A stretch of DNA of 64,000 nt. Origin: Vampirovibrio chlorellavorus (lineage in GTDB: Bacteria > Cyanobacteriota > Vampirovibrionia > Vampirovibrionales > Vampirovibrionaceae). Under the pieces are notes generated by a model. It was not told where the DNA came from. It worked only from the letters and a program-made list of their open reading frames with translations, and did no database searches. This document shows, piece after piece, positions 31,342 through 40,625 of the stretch; the first letter of the stretch is position 1, and each line of letters begins with the position of its first letter. Location: NCBI GenBank assembly GCA_003149345.1, contig QFWI01000031.1:224325-288324 (forward strand), given 5' to 3'. The translations under genes were made by a program, and so were the position numbers.

Positions 31342-34008
31342 TTGGCTTCTATCTGGCAGTTTCGGGACAATACCCACCGCTCAGGCACCCCTTTCCCCCA
31401 AGAGATACTGGATGCCACTGAAGGCTCCCCCCTGCTGGCCCAACTGCTTGCCAACCGGGGCTTGCGTACCCCTGATGCAATTCGGGCGTTTTTGAACCTG
31501 CAAGACTACCAACCGACCAGCGGCTGGGCACTGCCGGACATGGAGCCAGCCGTCAACCGCATTCTCAAGGCCATTGAAACCCAGGAACCCATTCTCATCT
31601 ATGGAGATTTTGACGTGGATGGCATTACCGGCACCTCGGTGCTGTATGAAACGCTGAAAAAGCACCTGAAGGCCAACGTCAGCTTTTATATCCCCGATCG
31701 GGCCACGGAAGGTCACGGCTTGAACACGGCGGCGCTGGTTCGCCTGACCAGCTCCCGCAAACTCAAGCTGGTCATCACCACGGACACCGGCATTACCAAC
31801 TTTTCGGAAGTCAGCCTGCTCAACGGACTGGGTGTGGACACCATCGTCACCGATCACCACGCCTTGCCAGAGAATCTGCCCCCGGCGCTGGCCAATATCA
31901 ACTCTCAACGGCTGCTGACGGAAGTGGATCCCAACCACCCCATGGGGCACCTGTGTGGGGCCGGGGTAGCCTACAAATTGTGCGAAATCCTGCTGGAAAA
32001 GTCCCTGCCCGCCGACGAAGCCCAGCGGGCCGCCGAAAGCCTGCTGGACATTGTGGCCGTGGGCACCGTCGTGGATATGGTGCCTCTGGTCCATGAAAAC
32101 CGCTGGCTGGTATACCGGGGTTTGCAAGTGCTGAATCGCAGGCAGCGTCCCGGGTTTAACGAAATCCTGGAACAGGCCGGGGCCAAGCCAGACGCTCCCA
32201 TTACCAGTGAGACGCTGGGCTTCACCATTGGCCCCCGCTTAAACGCCCTGGGCCGCTTGGAACGAGCCGATCAAGGGGTGGAGCTGATTACCTCGCAAGA
32301 CCCGGAGCGCATTCGGGTCATTGCCGCCCATCTGGAGTTTTTAAATCGCAAGCGCCGGGATCTCTGCGACCAGACGTATCTGGAGGCCGAAGCGCATTTG
32401 CAAAAAAGTGGCGGTCTGGATGACAAACGGGCCATTATTCTGGCCAGCCCGGACTGGAACCCTGGTATTATCGGCATTGTGGCTTCCCGGTTGATTGAAA
32501 AGTACCATGTGCCGGTGTTCATGATGGTGGTCGATGAGAGCAAGGCCGAGGTGCGCTGCTCGGCCCGATCCATTCCGGGATTCCACCTGCATGATGAATT
32601 GCTGGCCCTGGAGCGGTATTTTCTGGGGTTTGGCGGTCACGCCGGAGCGGGCGGCTTTGCCCTGAAGCTGGATCGACTGGAGGCCTTCAAACGAGACCTG
32701 CACCAGATTTGTCGCGCCAAAATCACCGAGGAACAAATGCGCCCGGTGGTGGAAGTCGACGCGAAACTGGTCTGGAGTCAGGTCAACCCGCACCTGCTCA
32801 CCCTGATCGACAAGCTGGCTCCCTTTGGCATGGAAAACCCATCACCCAAATTCGCGCTGGAGAATGTAACCGTGGCGGCCCAACGCTTTATGGGAGAGGA
32901 CGAGCGGCATATCAAGCTGGTCTTGGCCAATCCCAACGGGCATAAGGGAGAATCAAACACCCCCCTGGAAGCCATTATCTGGAACTTTGGCCGTAAAGAG
33001 CGCTTTGATGCCCGAACGCCCTACAGCTTTGTGGTGGTTCCGGGCCTGAACAGCTTTAACGGCACCACCAAAGTCCAGCTGATTATTGAGGATTACAAAA
33101 CCGATCAGGCGGCCAGGCTCAGCACCGAAACGCACAGTAGTCCAGCGGCTGAGCCGGTCATGACAAGCGTCCAGCCCGCCAAGCCAGCGGCCATCAAGCC
33201 TGAAGTGAAAGACATCGGTAAACCCGCCCCCTTACAGGCAGAGTCCGAGAGCCAGCCCAGCGGGCCCCAATGGATCGATCACCGGGGGCGAGAGTCCATT
33301 GACGTGTTCATTGGCCAGTTGATGCTGCCTTTACAGGATCAACGCAGCGTTTTAATCTATCACGAGGGGAAAAAGCCGGATATTCCCTTCCTGAATGAAG
33401 GCCTGCTAAAAACCCGCACCCAACTCAGCCCAGCCCAGGAACTGATTCTGTGGGACTTACCGCCTTCGGCGGAGCGCTTTCAGGCCTTGCTCAAGCAAGT
33501 TCGCCCGGAGGTGATTCATTTGGTAGGCGGAAAATACCAGAGCGTGCCGATTTACGCCTCCGAGCAGAATTACCTGAAGCTGATTGTACAGATTTTACGC
33601 CGGGGCCCCGAAAGTCAGGTGCTGGAAGTTCCCATATTCGCCTCTCAACTGGCTACCACCGAAGCCGTGGTCACCCATGGCTTGATGTTGCTGGAAAAAC
33701 TCAATCTGCTGGAGAGCAGTGTGGCTGAATCGGGAAATTTACAGAAACTACAGGTCAGACTCCTGCCCCAAAACGCAAGTAGTCAGGAGGATATCACCCG
33801 ACGACTGGAATACGCCATGTTCCAGCAAGCGCTGAAAGAGGTGGGCAAATTCCGGGCCTGGATTCTCAAAACGCCAATTGCCACCATTAAATCCACATTC
33901 AACCCCTCCATATTAAGTGACTTTGTGTTAAATTCATCAACGGCCCTTATGACCTCGGCGATCGCTACCGATCCAGGCTCGCAGCCAGAGGTCTCTGCCC
34001 CAGTGTAA
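31342..34008 (+). CDS. recJ: single-stranded-DNA-specific exonuclease RecJ with a long C-terminal extension
   Basis: DHH family motifs DFDVDGITG, TDTG, TDHH and the DHHA1 GGHAGAGG. About 300 extra C-terminal residues compared with short RecJ proteins. TTG start in the track. Confidence 0.9.
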   Translation: MASIWQFRDNTHRSGTPFPQEILDATEGSPLLAQLLANRGLRTPDAIRAFLNLQDYQPTSGWALPDMEPAVNRILKAIETQEPILIYGDFDVDGITGTSVLYETLKKHLKANVSFYIPDRATEGHGLNTAALVRLTSSRKLKLVITTDTGITNFSEVSLLNGLGVDTIVTDHHALPENLPPALANINSQRLLTEVDPNHPMGHLCGAGVAYKLCEILLEKSLPADEAQRAAESLLDIVAVGTVVDMVPLVHENRWLVYRGLQVLNRRQRPGFNEILEQAGAKPDAPITSETLGFTIGPRLNALGRLERADQGVELITSQDPERIRVIAAHLEFLNRKRRDLCDQTYLEAEAHLQKSGGLDDKRAIILASPDWNPGIIGIVASRLIEKYHVPVFMMVVDESKAEVRCSARSIPGFHLHDELLALERYFLGFGGHAGAGGFALKLDRLEAFKRDLHQICRAKITEEQMRPVVEVDAKLVWSQVNPHLLTLIDKLAPFGMENPSPKFALENVTVAAQRFMGEDERHIKLVLANPNGHKGESNTPLEAIIWNFGRKERFDARTPYSFVVVPGLNSFNGTTKVQLIIEDYKTDQAARLSTETHSSPAAEPVMTSVQPAKPAAIKPEVKDIGKPAPLQAESESQPSGPQWIDHRGRESIDVFIGQLMLPLQDQRSVLIYHEGKKPDIPFLNEGLLKTRTQLSPAQELILWDLPPSAERFQALLKQVRPEVIHLVGGKYQSVPIYASEQNYLKLIVQILRRGPESQVLEVPIFASQLATTEAVVTHGLMLLEKLNLLESSVAESGNLQKLQVRLLPQNASSQEDITRRLEYAMFQQALKEVGKFRAWILKTPIATIKSTFNPSILSDFVLNSSTALMTSAIATDPGSQPEVSAPV

Positions 34009-34072
34009 CCACACTGCATCCCCAAGTTTCAATTATCAGTCATTAATCAGAAGCGACAGGAACCCCACACCC

Positions 34073-34618
34073 ATGCCAACCACACAGGAGCATATCGCCG
34101 TTGACAAAATCAAGGCGGCGATTCGTGAAATTCCCGACTTCCCCAAGCCCGGTATCTTGTTCAAGGACATTACCCCGGTTCTCAAAGACCCAGTTTTACT
34201 GAATCAGGTGGTGGACTATTTCTACTACCAGTTAAAAGACAAAAAAATTCAGTACGTGGCCGGTATCGAATCCCGTGGATTCATTCTGGGGGCCGCACTG
34301 GCTTATAAATTGGGCGCTGGTTTTATTCCCATCCGTAAAAAGGGTAAATTGCCGGGTCTGGTGGAACAACACGAATATGACCTGGAATACGGCACCGACA
34401 CCATTGAAATCCACGCCGATGCGGTGGAGCCTGGTTCCCGGGTGGCTTTGATCGATGACTTGCTGGCCACCGGTGGCACCGCCGCGGCCTCCTGCAAGCT
34501 ATTGGAAAAGCTGAAGGCCGAGCTGGTCAGCATTCAATTCCTGATTGAACTGGAATTCCTGCACGGGCGGGAGCAGTTGCCCACCTTGGTGCATACCCAT
34601 TCAATGATTCAGTTCTAG
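34073..34618 (+). CDS. apt: adenine phosphoribosyltransferase
   Basis: 181 aa. Contains FKDITPVL and the PRPP-binding motif VALIDDLLATGGT. Confidence 0.93.
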   Translation: MPTTQEHIAVDKIKAAIREIPDFPKPGILFKDITPVLKDPVLLNQVVDYFYYQLKDKKIQYVAGIESRGFILGAALAYKLGAGFIPIRKKGKLPGLVEQHEYDLEYGTDTIEIHADAVEPGSRVALIDDLLATGGTAAASCKLLEKLKAELVSIQFLIELEFLHGREQLPTLVHTHSMIQF

Positions 34619-34642
34619 ACACCCACTCAGAATCTTCTCTTC

Positions 34643-34674
34643 AAAGCCGTCTCTGTTTCCAGAGGCGGCTTTTG
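34643..34674 (+). terminator. intrinsic terminator of apt
   Basis: 13-bp stem aaagccgtctctg / cagaggcggcttt (one G-T pair), loop tttc, with a T-run at its 3' end. Confidence 0.75.
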
Positions 34675-34717
34675 GGTGTAATGCCACGGAAATACAGAAG
34701 CCCCAAAGCCCCTAGAG

Positions 34718-34757
34718 AAAAAGCAATCAGGCTGCCCTGAGTAAGGGACAGCCTGAT
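34718..34757 (-). terminator. intrinsic terminator of the zinc-ribbon/low-complexity protein gene
   Basis: Stem atcaggctgccct / agggacagcctgat (34726-34757, one bulge), followed on the minus strand by TTGCTTTTTCTC. Confidence 0.65.
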
Positions 34758-34809
34758 TTTAATGGGTTGGGTGGGCAGTTAAGCCGACGAAACCATTATT
34801 TCTCTTTAA

Positions 34810-36144
34810 CTATTTCTCTTTAGCCGCCCGTGTGGCCCGCGCTTTGGGCTTAGCCACTGGAGGCGCTTCAGCGTCATTATCAGAGGCTTCCGCGCCGTCC
34901 GCCGGTAATTCCACCACTTCGGCCACCGCTACTTTTTTAGCACGGGTAGCCCGCGGCTTGGGAGCCGGCTTGGCCACAACAACCGCTTCCGCGACTTCTT
35001 CGGCAACTTCTGGCGCTACAGGCTCAGGACTTGCGGCCTCAGCCGTTACAGTAGCAACGCTTTCCTCGGCGGCTTCAGTTGCCTTGGCCTCTTTACGCTC
35101 GGCTGCCTCCTTGGCCGCCTGGGCTTTTGCGGCGGCTTTCTCAAGCTCCGCCTTTTCACGTTCTTCCCGAGAGCGTTGCTGAGCCTCTTTCATCTCCGGC
35201 GGGAGGTCATCCCGTTCTTCGTTCCAGCGGGTCAGATTGCGATTTTTGCGAATGAGACCAATGGCCACGTGAACCCGCCACTCATCCATGCGCAGCTGCT
35301 TGGAGATGATTTTATGAATCCCCAGGGGCGGCAAAGGCAGATAGGGTTCATAGAGCGTCTCAATGGCCATCAACTGCTCGGGGGTGACCGCCAGCTTGCG
35401 CTTGGGGTACTCCAGCTTGGGCAGCCGCATTTTCTCCCGAACCAGATTAATACCGAAAAAGACCTTGCTGGGCGCTAGATTAATCTGCTCGCCAATCACC
35501 TCATGGACATCTGGGTTAGGCAGGGGCAAACAGTTTTTGTACAGCTTTTCAATTTCAATCAACTGCTCTTTGGTCACCAGCAGTTTTTTGGGAGCGCCAC
35601 CAGGCCGTCCGCCACGTGGGCCACCAAAGCCGCCGGGGCGTCCACCCGGACGCGGGCCGCCAAAACCACCGGGACGTCCACCCGGACGTGGGCCACCAAA
35701 GCCACCGGGACGTGGGCCGCCTGGGCGTGGGCCACCAAAGCCACCGGGACGTGGGCCTCCCGGACGGGGGCCATAGCCACCTCCCTGAGGACGTTGTTGA
35801 TATCCACCGCCGGGTGGCCCATAGCCACCCCCTTGGGGACGTTGCTGGTAACCACCACCTTGTGGGGGGCCATAACCTTGCGGACGTTGCTGATACCCAC
35901 CCCCATGCGGCGGGGGGCCATAGCCTTGCGGACTATATCCACCATGTTGCCCATAACCACCTTGTGGCGCATATCCTCCACCTTGCGGCTGATAAGGACG
36001 TTGAGGCTGCTGGTATTGGGGAGGGCCAGCGGGACGACCACCGGGGGCCGCACCTTCCGGGTACAAGCAGTTGGGACAAATCACCCGCTTGGGATTCTTG
36101 GTCTCAAAGACCTCTCCACATTTAGAGCATTGGTTTGTGAACAT
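34810..36144 (-). CDS. zinc-ribbon protein with a long Gly/Pro/Gln/Tyr/Arg low-complexity region, two tandem ~55-aa three-helix (HTH/homeodomain-like) modules and a Lys/Glu- then Ala-rich tail
   Basis: N-terminus CSKCG-x13-CPNC. aa 31-184 consist of GGYQQRPQ and PRPGGFGG repeats. aa 188-243 and 251-306 are paralogous (VTKEQLIEIEKLY..LPLP..VHEVIGEQ.. / VTPEQLMAIETLY..LPLP..IHKIISKQ..). Confidence 0.75.
   Translation of the reverse strand: MFTNQCSKCGEVFETKNPKRVICPNCLYPEGAAPGGRPAGPPQYQQPQRPYQPQGGGYAPQGGYGQHGGYSPQGYGPPPHGGGYQQRPQGYGPPQGGGYQQRPQGGGYGPPGGGYQQRPQGGGYGPRPGGPRPGGFGGPRPGGPRPGGFGGPRPGGRPGGFGGPRPGGRPGGFGGPRGGRPGGAPKKLLVTKEQLIEIEKLYKNCLPLPNPDVHEVIGEQINLAPSKVFFGINLVREKMRLPKLEYPKRKLAVTPEQLMAIETLYEPYLPLPPLGIHKIISKQLRMDEWRVHVAIGLIRKNRNLTRWNEERDDLPPEMKEAQQRSREEREKAELEKAAAKAQAAKEAAERKEAKATEAAEESVATVTAEAASPEPVAPEVAEEVAEAVVVAKPAPKPRATRAKKVAVAEVVELPADGAEASDNDAEAPPVAKPKARATRAAKEK
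35593..36054 (-). repeat. in-frame imperfect tandem repeats encoding the low-complexity region
   Basis: Reiterated ccaccgggacgtgggcc / ccaaagccaccggg units (PRPGGFGG periodicity) and GGYQQRPQ-coding units, visible directly in the DNA. Confidence 0.85.
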
Positions 36145-36617
36145 AATAAATTTCTATCCGCTTGACTTAATCGAATCCAGACTCATATTGATACCCAAAG
36201 AACGCTGTGACAGGGCGGATTCGTATAACCCTTCAACTCTATTCAAGTTCCAAAACGACGACTTTTTAACTGGCTTACCTGGGCTTTCTCACTCGGCGCT
36301 TGCTGAAGATTGGAAGCTTAGCGAATCAACTACTACTACAATAATTTTGCTATGACTATCCTGAAGCCGCTCGGCAGTGATTCTCTTCGATGATTATACT
36401 TGTGCCGTACCCGTGGACTTGCCCTGAAACATTGTTTAAAAACTTAGTCAACAACTTAGGCTATCAACTTTACAATGCCAGGGGAAAAAATCTACTATTC
36501 AAACTAAAAAGTCACTCCTATAATTAATACCACACGTTCTAAAAAATGAGTAGCCTTTTTGCGAAAATTCTGTGTCAAAATTGAAATATCCTTCACAAAG
36601 ACGAAAGCACGTTTGGC

Positions 36618-37295
36618 ATGAGTGGTGGCTCTCTGTTCGATATTGTCGGCCCAATCATGGTGGGCCCCTCCAGTTCCCACACGGCAGGGGCGGTTCGCTT
36701 GGCTAATTTGGCAAGGCTGGTCGCCGATCAGCCCATCCAGGACGTGGAATTTTTGCTTTACAATTCTTTCGCCCAAACCTACCAGGGGCATGGGACGGAT
36801 CGGGGCCTGATCGCCGGAATCCTGGGGTACGGGGTCAACGATGAACGCATTCGGGACGCCTTTGCCCTGGCTAAGGCAGAAGGCCTGCACTATACCATCA
36901 CCCCCTTTCTCGGTGCCAACAACTATTCTCCCAACACCGTGGTGTTTAACATGCGGTTACAAAACGGTCAAAAACTGACCGTGGTGGGGCACTCCATTGG
37001 TGGCGGCAAGGTGTACGTGTCTAAAATCGATGGACACAACGTCAATATTCGGGGTGAAATGCCGACCCTGATCTTGTTCTACAAGGATCAGCCGGGCATG
37101 ATTTGGCAAGTGACCAAAATTTTAGCGGAACAGCAAATCAATATCGCCACCCTGACTTGTAACCGAAACCAACGGGGTGTAGAGGCGTTCATGATTATCA
37201 CACTGGATTCCATGCCGCCTGCGGAGGCGGTGGCCGCCATTCAAGCCATCCCGGATATTTACACGGCCCGGTGCATCGATAAATTGCCCGCCTGA
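36618..37295 (+). CDS. sdaAB: L-serine dehydratase, iron-sulfur-dependent, beta subunit
   Basis: SLFDIVGPIMVGPSSSHTAGAVRL N-terminus plus a C-terminal ACT-like domain. It is followed by the alpha subunit gene. Confidence 0.9.
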   Translation: MSGGSLFDIVGPIMVGPSSSHTAGAVRLANLARLVADQPIQDVEFLLYNSFAQTYQGHGTDRGLIAGILGYGVNDERIRDAFALAKAEGLHYTITPFLGANNYSPNTVVFNMRLQNGQKLTVVGHSIGGGKVYVSKIDGHNVNIRGEMPTLILFYKDQPGMIWQVTKILAEQQINIATLTCNRNQRGVEAFMIITLDSMPPAEAVAAIQAIPDIYTARCIDKLPA

Positions 37296-37361
37296 AGTCC
37301 ACTATAGAGTCTCTCTTTTTTGCCCGTTTCAATTCAATAGAAAATTCAGGATTCCCCACCC

Positions 37362-38276
37362 ATGCCCAACTTTAATTCCTTCCAAGAGCTTTTGACCTAC
37401 TGCCAAGACAATCAATGCGGTGTGGCTGAAGCGGCATTGCGTTATGAGGAGGCCTACTCCGGCAAGCAGCGGGAGGAAATCCTTGCGGGGATGCGGGCCA
37501 TCCTACAACAAATGCGGGATACCGTGTCCAGCGGCATCAATTCCACCGAAAAATCCATGAGCGGCCTAACCGGTGGAGATGCCAAGCGGGTCATGGATTT
37601 TATGAACCAACCGGAATGCTTCTTATCGCCCATTGAAATGAAAATGATCGCCTTTGGGCTGGCCACGCTTGAGGAAAACAGCCGCATGAAGCGTATTGTG
37701 GCCTGCCCCACCGCTGGCGGCAGTGGATCGGTGCCCGCTGCCCTGATTGCCGTGGAGCAGGACAAACAGGTGAATCCCGAGCAAACCCTGAAGGGACTGA
37801 TCACGGCAGGGGTCATAGGGGAAATTACCGCTCGGCGTATGTTCCTGTCCGGCTCCGCTGCCGGGTGCCAGGCTGAAGTGGGAGTAGCTACCGGCATGGC
37901 CGCCGGGGGACTGGTGGAAATGATGGGTGGTACCCCCGAGCAAGTGGTGCATGCGGCGGCCATCTCCATGCAAAACCTGATGGGATTGGTTTGCGATCCG
38001 GTGGCTGGCCTGGTAGAGGTGCCCTGTGTGGTGCGCAATGGATTGTCCGGGGTGCAGGCGGCGGCTTCGGCGACCATGGCCCTGGCCGGGGTTAAAAGCT
38101 TTATTCCCATGGATCAGGTGGTGGAAGCTATGGCGGCGGTGGGTAAACTGATGCACCCCAGCCTGAAGGAAACCGCCGAGGGCGGCTTAGCCCAAACCCC
38201 GGTGGCCAAAGCCTTTACCGAACGGTTTAAAAGTCAAAAAAACAGCCCAGACGTCATTTCCGAACCGAAAGAATAA
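37362..38276 (+). CDS. sdaAA: L-serine dehydratase, iron-sulfur-dependent, alpha subunit
   Basis: 304 aa. Contains CPTAGGSGSVPAAL, AAGCQAEVG and LVCDPVAGLVEVPCVVRN motifs with the cluster cysteines. Confidence 0.9.
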   Translation: MPNFNSFQELLTYCQDNQCGVAEAALRYEEAYSGKQREEILAGMRAILQQMRDTVSSGINSTEKSMSGLTGGDAKRVMDFMNQPECFLSPIEMKMIAFGLATLEENSRMKRIVACPTAGGSGSVPAALIAVEQDKQVNPEQTLKGLITAGVIGEITARRMFLSGSAAGCQAEVGVATGMAAGGLVEMMGGTPEQVVHAAAISMQNLMGLVCDPVAGLVEVPCVVRNGLSGVQAAASATMALAGVKSFIPMDQVVEAMAAVGKLMHPSLKETAEGGLAQTPVAKAFTERFKSQKNSPDVISEPKE

Positions 38277-38297
38277 CAAAAATAATATAAAAATTAA

Positions 38298-38340
38298 GGT
38301 GAGGCTGCCTTCACCACATATTTTCCTCTTTTTTTCAGGA
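38298..38340 (+). terminator. probable intrinsic terminator of the sdaAB-sdaAA operon
   Basis: Hairpin ggtgagg-ctg-ccttcacc (38298-38315), followed by the T-rich acatattttcctcttttttt. Confidence 0.45.
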
Positions 38341-38451
38341 GCCATCGGCAATTTCTGATCAAGGTCCGGTTTGATCACACTGATTCAGCCTGCTTCATTC
38401 CTCTGCCTCAATACCCTCTGCCTCAGGCCTTTCCATTGAATTGAGTGACTT

Positions 38452-39651
38452 ATGATTAAAATGCCGTTTCTCGTGTCCATGCCCTCCACAGGGACAGAGA
38501 TTGCCCCGTCAAAGCCCCGATTTGGCTGTCGGCTGTTGGCCTATATTGCCCCGGAGCCGCATCAGGGCCAGGATGTTTTTTTAAAACAAGCCTTACTGGA
38601 CGGTGGAAACTCACTGCTCAGGCAAAGTCAACGCCCTTACGATCACAAGGCTGATTCTCCCACAGAAAAGGCGAAGCCCAACTTCAGCTCTGAAGATTAT
38701 TTCAACAATGGCGTTCCCTATCAATTCGGCTGGGGGTACGCTTTCGCTCAGGACGAAAAGAGACAAGCTCATTTTGCCAAAGCTTCTCCCGCCGCTTTGG
38801 ACGAACAGTTTGTGCAGGAAGCCACAGCCATTGCCAAGCAAGCTCCCTGCAATCTGCTGGCCCACCTGCGGCAAGTCGTGGACATCCAGAATGGATTCAA
38901 GCCGGAGAACGTTCACCCTTTTCACATTAATGATTGGGCCCTGGCCCACGTGGGCGCCGTCCCGGTGGACGTGTTAGCCACCATCCGAAACCGCCTTCAA
39001 AATGCCCATGCTGAAAATAAAGAGATACAGCTCCCCAAAGGCGACACCGACAGTGAAGCCCTCGCCTGTTATTTGGCTTTAAAGTTAAGGGAACAAACGG
39101 GCCATGACGCGTCGACGACCCTTCCCCCGGCCACATTAGAGCAGGTTCTCCGAGAGATGATGGTGGAGATTATTCTGAATCCGCAAAGGCAAAGCGACGA
39201 GCAAATCGCGCAAACCATGGGGAATGGATTTCAGGGCGCCAGCCGTAACAGCACCAATGTGATCGCTTTCCTCAATAACCGGCAATTGCTCATTGGCAAA
39301 ATTATTCCCAATTACAAAGCCGTTTTCCTGGGCACGCACCATCAGGCCAACGGCAATGTGTCTTACCTGATTAGCCACCACCCCATGCACTTGAATCTGC
39401 CGAAGAATGAACGGCTGGACTGGAAGCCGCTCTCCAACGACGCCATCACCAGCTTTCTCCGCGTATCTAAGCCAACGGAAGTTGCTAGTCAATCAGCACA
39501 AGAATCAGCCAAAGAACCAGAACACATCATTTTGAAGCGGGTGATTCAACTGCCAGTCCGATCCAACCGACAGGCCGAAATTATCGAGGATGCCGCTCAG
39601 GTGCAAAGCGTTATAGCACGGCTGGAAGCCCAGAATGATATTCTCAATTAA
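38452..39651 (+). CDS. class II glutamine amidotransferase-like (Ntn hydrolase, YafJ-type) protein with an N-terminal pro-segment and a C-terminal extension
   Basis: GCRLLAYIAP .. GWGYAF .. AHLRQVVDIQNGFKPENVHPFHINDWALAHVGAV fits the Cys1 / GWG / HxR..N.HPF / W..HNG pattern. The Cys lies 16-25 residues after any possible start codon. Confidence 0.6.
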   Translation: MIKMPFLVSMPSTGTEIAPSKPRFGCRLLAYIAPEPHQGQDVFLKQALLDGGNSLLRQSQRPYDHKADSPTEKAKPNFSSEDYFNNGVPYQFGWGYAFAQDEKRQAHFAKASPAALDEQFVQEATAIAKQAPCNLLAHLRQVVDIQNGFKPENVHPFHINDWALAHVGAVPVDVLATIRNRLQNAHAENKEIQLPKGDTDSEALACYLALKLREQTGHDASTTLPPATLEQVLREMMVEIILNPQRQSDEQIAQTMGNGFQGASRNSTNVIAFLNNRQLLIGKIIPNYKAVFLGTHHQANGNVSYLISHHPMHLNLPKNERLDWKPLSNDAITSFLRVSKPTEVASQSAQESAKEPEHIILKRVIQLPVRSNRQAEIIEDAAQVQSVIARLEAQNDILN

Positions 39652-39689
39652 TGACCCGTTTCCTGGCTGCGTATCGGCAAATATTCGTC

Positions 39690-40511
39690 TTAAAGAATGT
39701 GCTCTAAGCCGTAAACCAACCCGGTGAGCGTCATGCTCCTCTTCACGGCCAGGGCTACGCCGGGCATAAAGCAATTTCTGTCCATGCTGTCGTGGCGAAT
39801 GGTCAAAATCTGGCCGGGACTACCCAAAATAACTTCCTGATGGGCGATAAAACCGGGCAAGCGCACACTGTGAATATGAATGTCCGCTGGCCCCTTGGCC
39901 CCCCGGGCTCCGGGAATGCTTTCGGTTTCCGGGGCGTTGCTAGGGCCAAACTGAGCCTGACTTTCCCGCATCAGTTCGGCGGTTTTTAGCGCTGTCCCAC
40001 TGGGGGCGTCCGCCTTTTTATTGTGGTGTAGCTCGATAATCTCGGCATGATCAAAGTACCGGGCCGCTTCCTGGGCGAATTTCATCATCAGCACCGCCCC
40101 AATGGCAAAGTTGGGCACCACCAACCCACCCAACTTTTTGGCCCGCAAGGCGGCGTCGATGATTTCCAGCTGTTCGGGAGTCAGGCCGGTAGTGCCAATC
40201 ACCGGGCGGCAATCGGCCTCAATGATGGCCATGGTGTTGGCAAAGACCACCTCCGGGTTGGTAAAATCCACGCACACATCCGGCTTTTCCCGAGCCAGCA
40301 TGTCCTTCAGGCTACAATCAAACAGCATGCCCGGATCGGCGTCAATGCCGAAAAACGCAGAAACCGTCTCATCGGAGGCACCGGGATCTACCACGCCCGC
40401 CAGAGAAAGTTCAGGATCCTGTGCCACGGTTTTGACCACCTCCCGGCCCATTTTGCCCTTGCCGCCGCAAACGGCCACCCGAATCTGCTTTGCTTGCACC
40501 TGTGCTGCCAT
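39690..40511 (-). CDS. dapB: 4-hydroxy-tetrahydrodipicolinate reductase
   Basis: IRVAVCGGKGKMGREV NAD(P)-binding N-terminus and the EIIELHHNKKADAPSGTA catalytic motif. ATG 40511 is chosen inside track ORF 39690..40589. Confidence 0.92.
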   Translation of the reverse strand: MAAQVQAKQIRVAVCGGKGKMGREVVKTVAQDPELSLAGVVDPGASDETVSAFFGIDADPGMLFDCSLKDMLAREKPDVCVDFTNPEVVFANTMAIIEADCRPVIGTTGLTPEQLEIIDAALRAKKLGGLVVPNFAIGAVLMMKFAQEAARYFDHAEIIELHHNKKADAPSGTALKTAELMRESQAQFGPSNAPETESIPGARGAKGPADIHIHSVRLPGFIAHQEVILGSPGQILTIRHDSMDRNCFMPGVALAVKRSMTLTGLVYGLEHIL

Positions 40512-40625
40512 GAAGGAACCTGCCCCGTCAATCAATAATAATAGCTTGAATAATAGCTTGGTTTTAACCGAAAGATACCCGATAGGCAAGGCGCTGGCTC
40601 GGGAAAGAGATGCAGATATGGGCCT

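Noticed and set aside
38298-38315. The hairpin after sdaAA shares aggctgccttc with the arm of palindromic element B.
   Set aside because: The shared segment is only 11 nt and itself nearly palindromic. None of the conserved inner cores are present. I treat it as an ordinary terminator.
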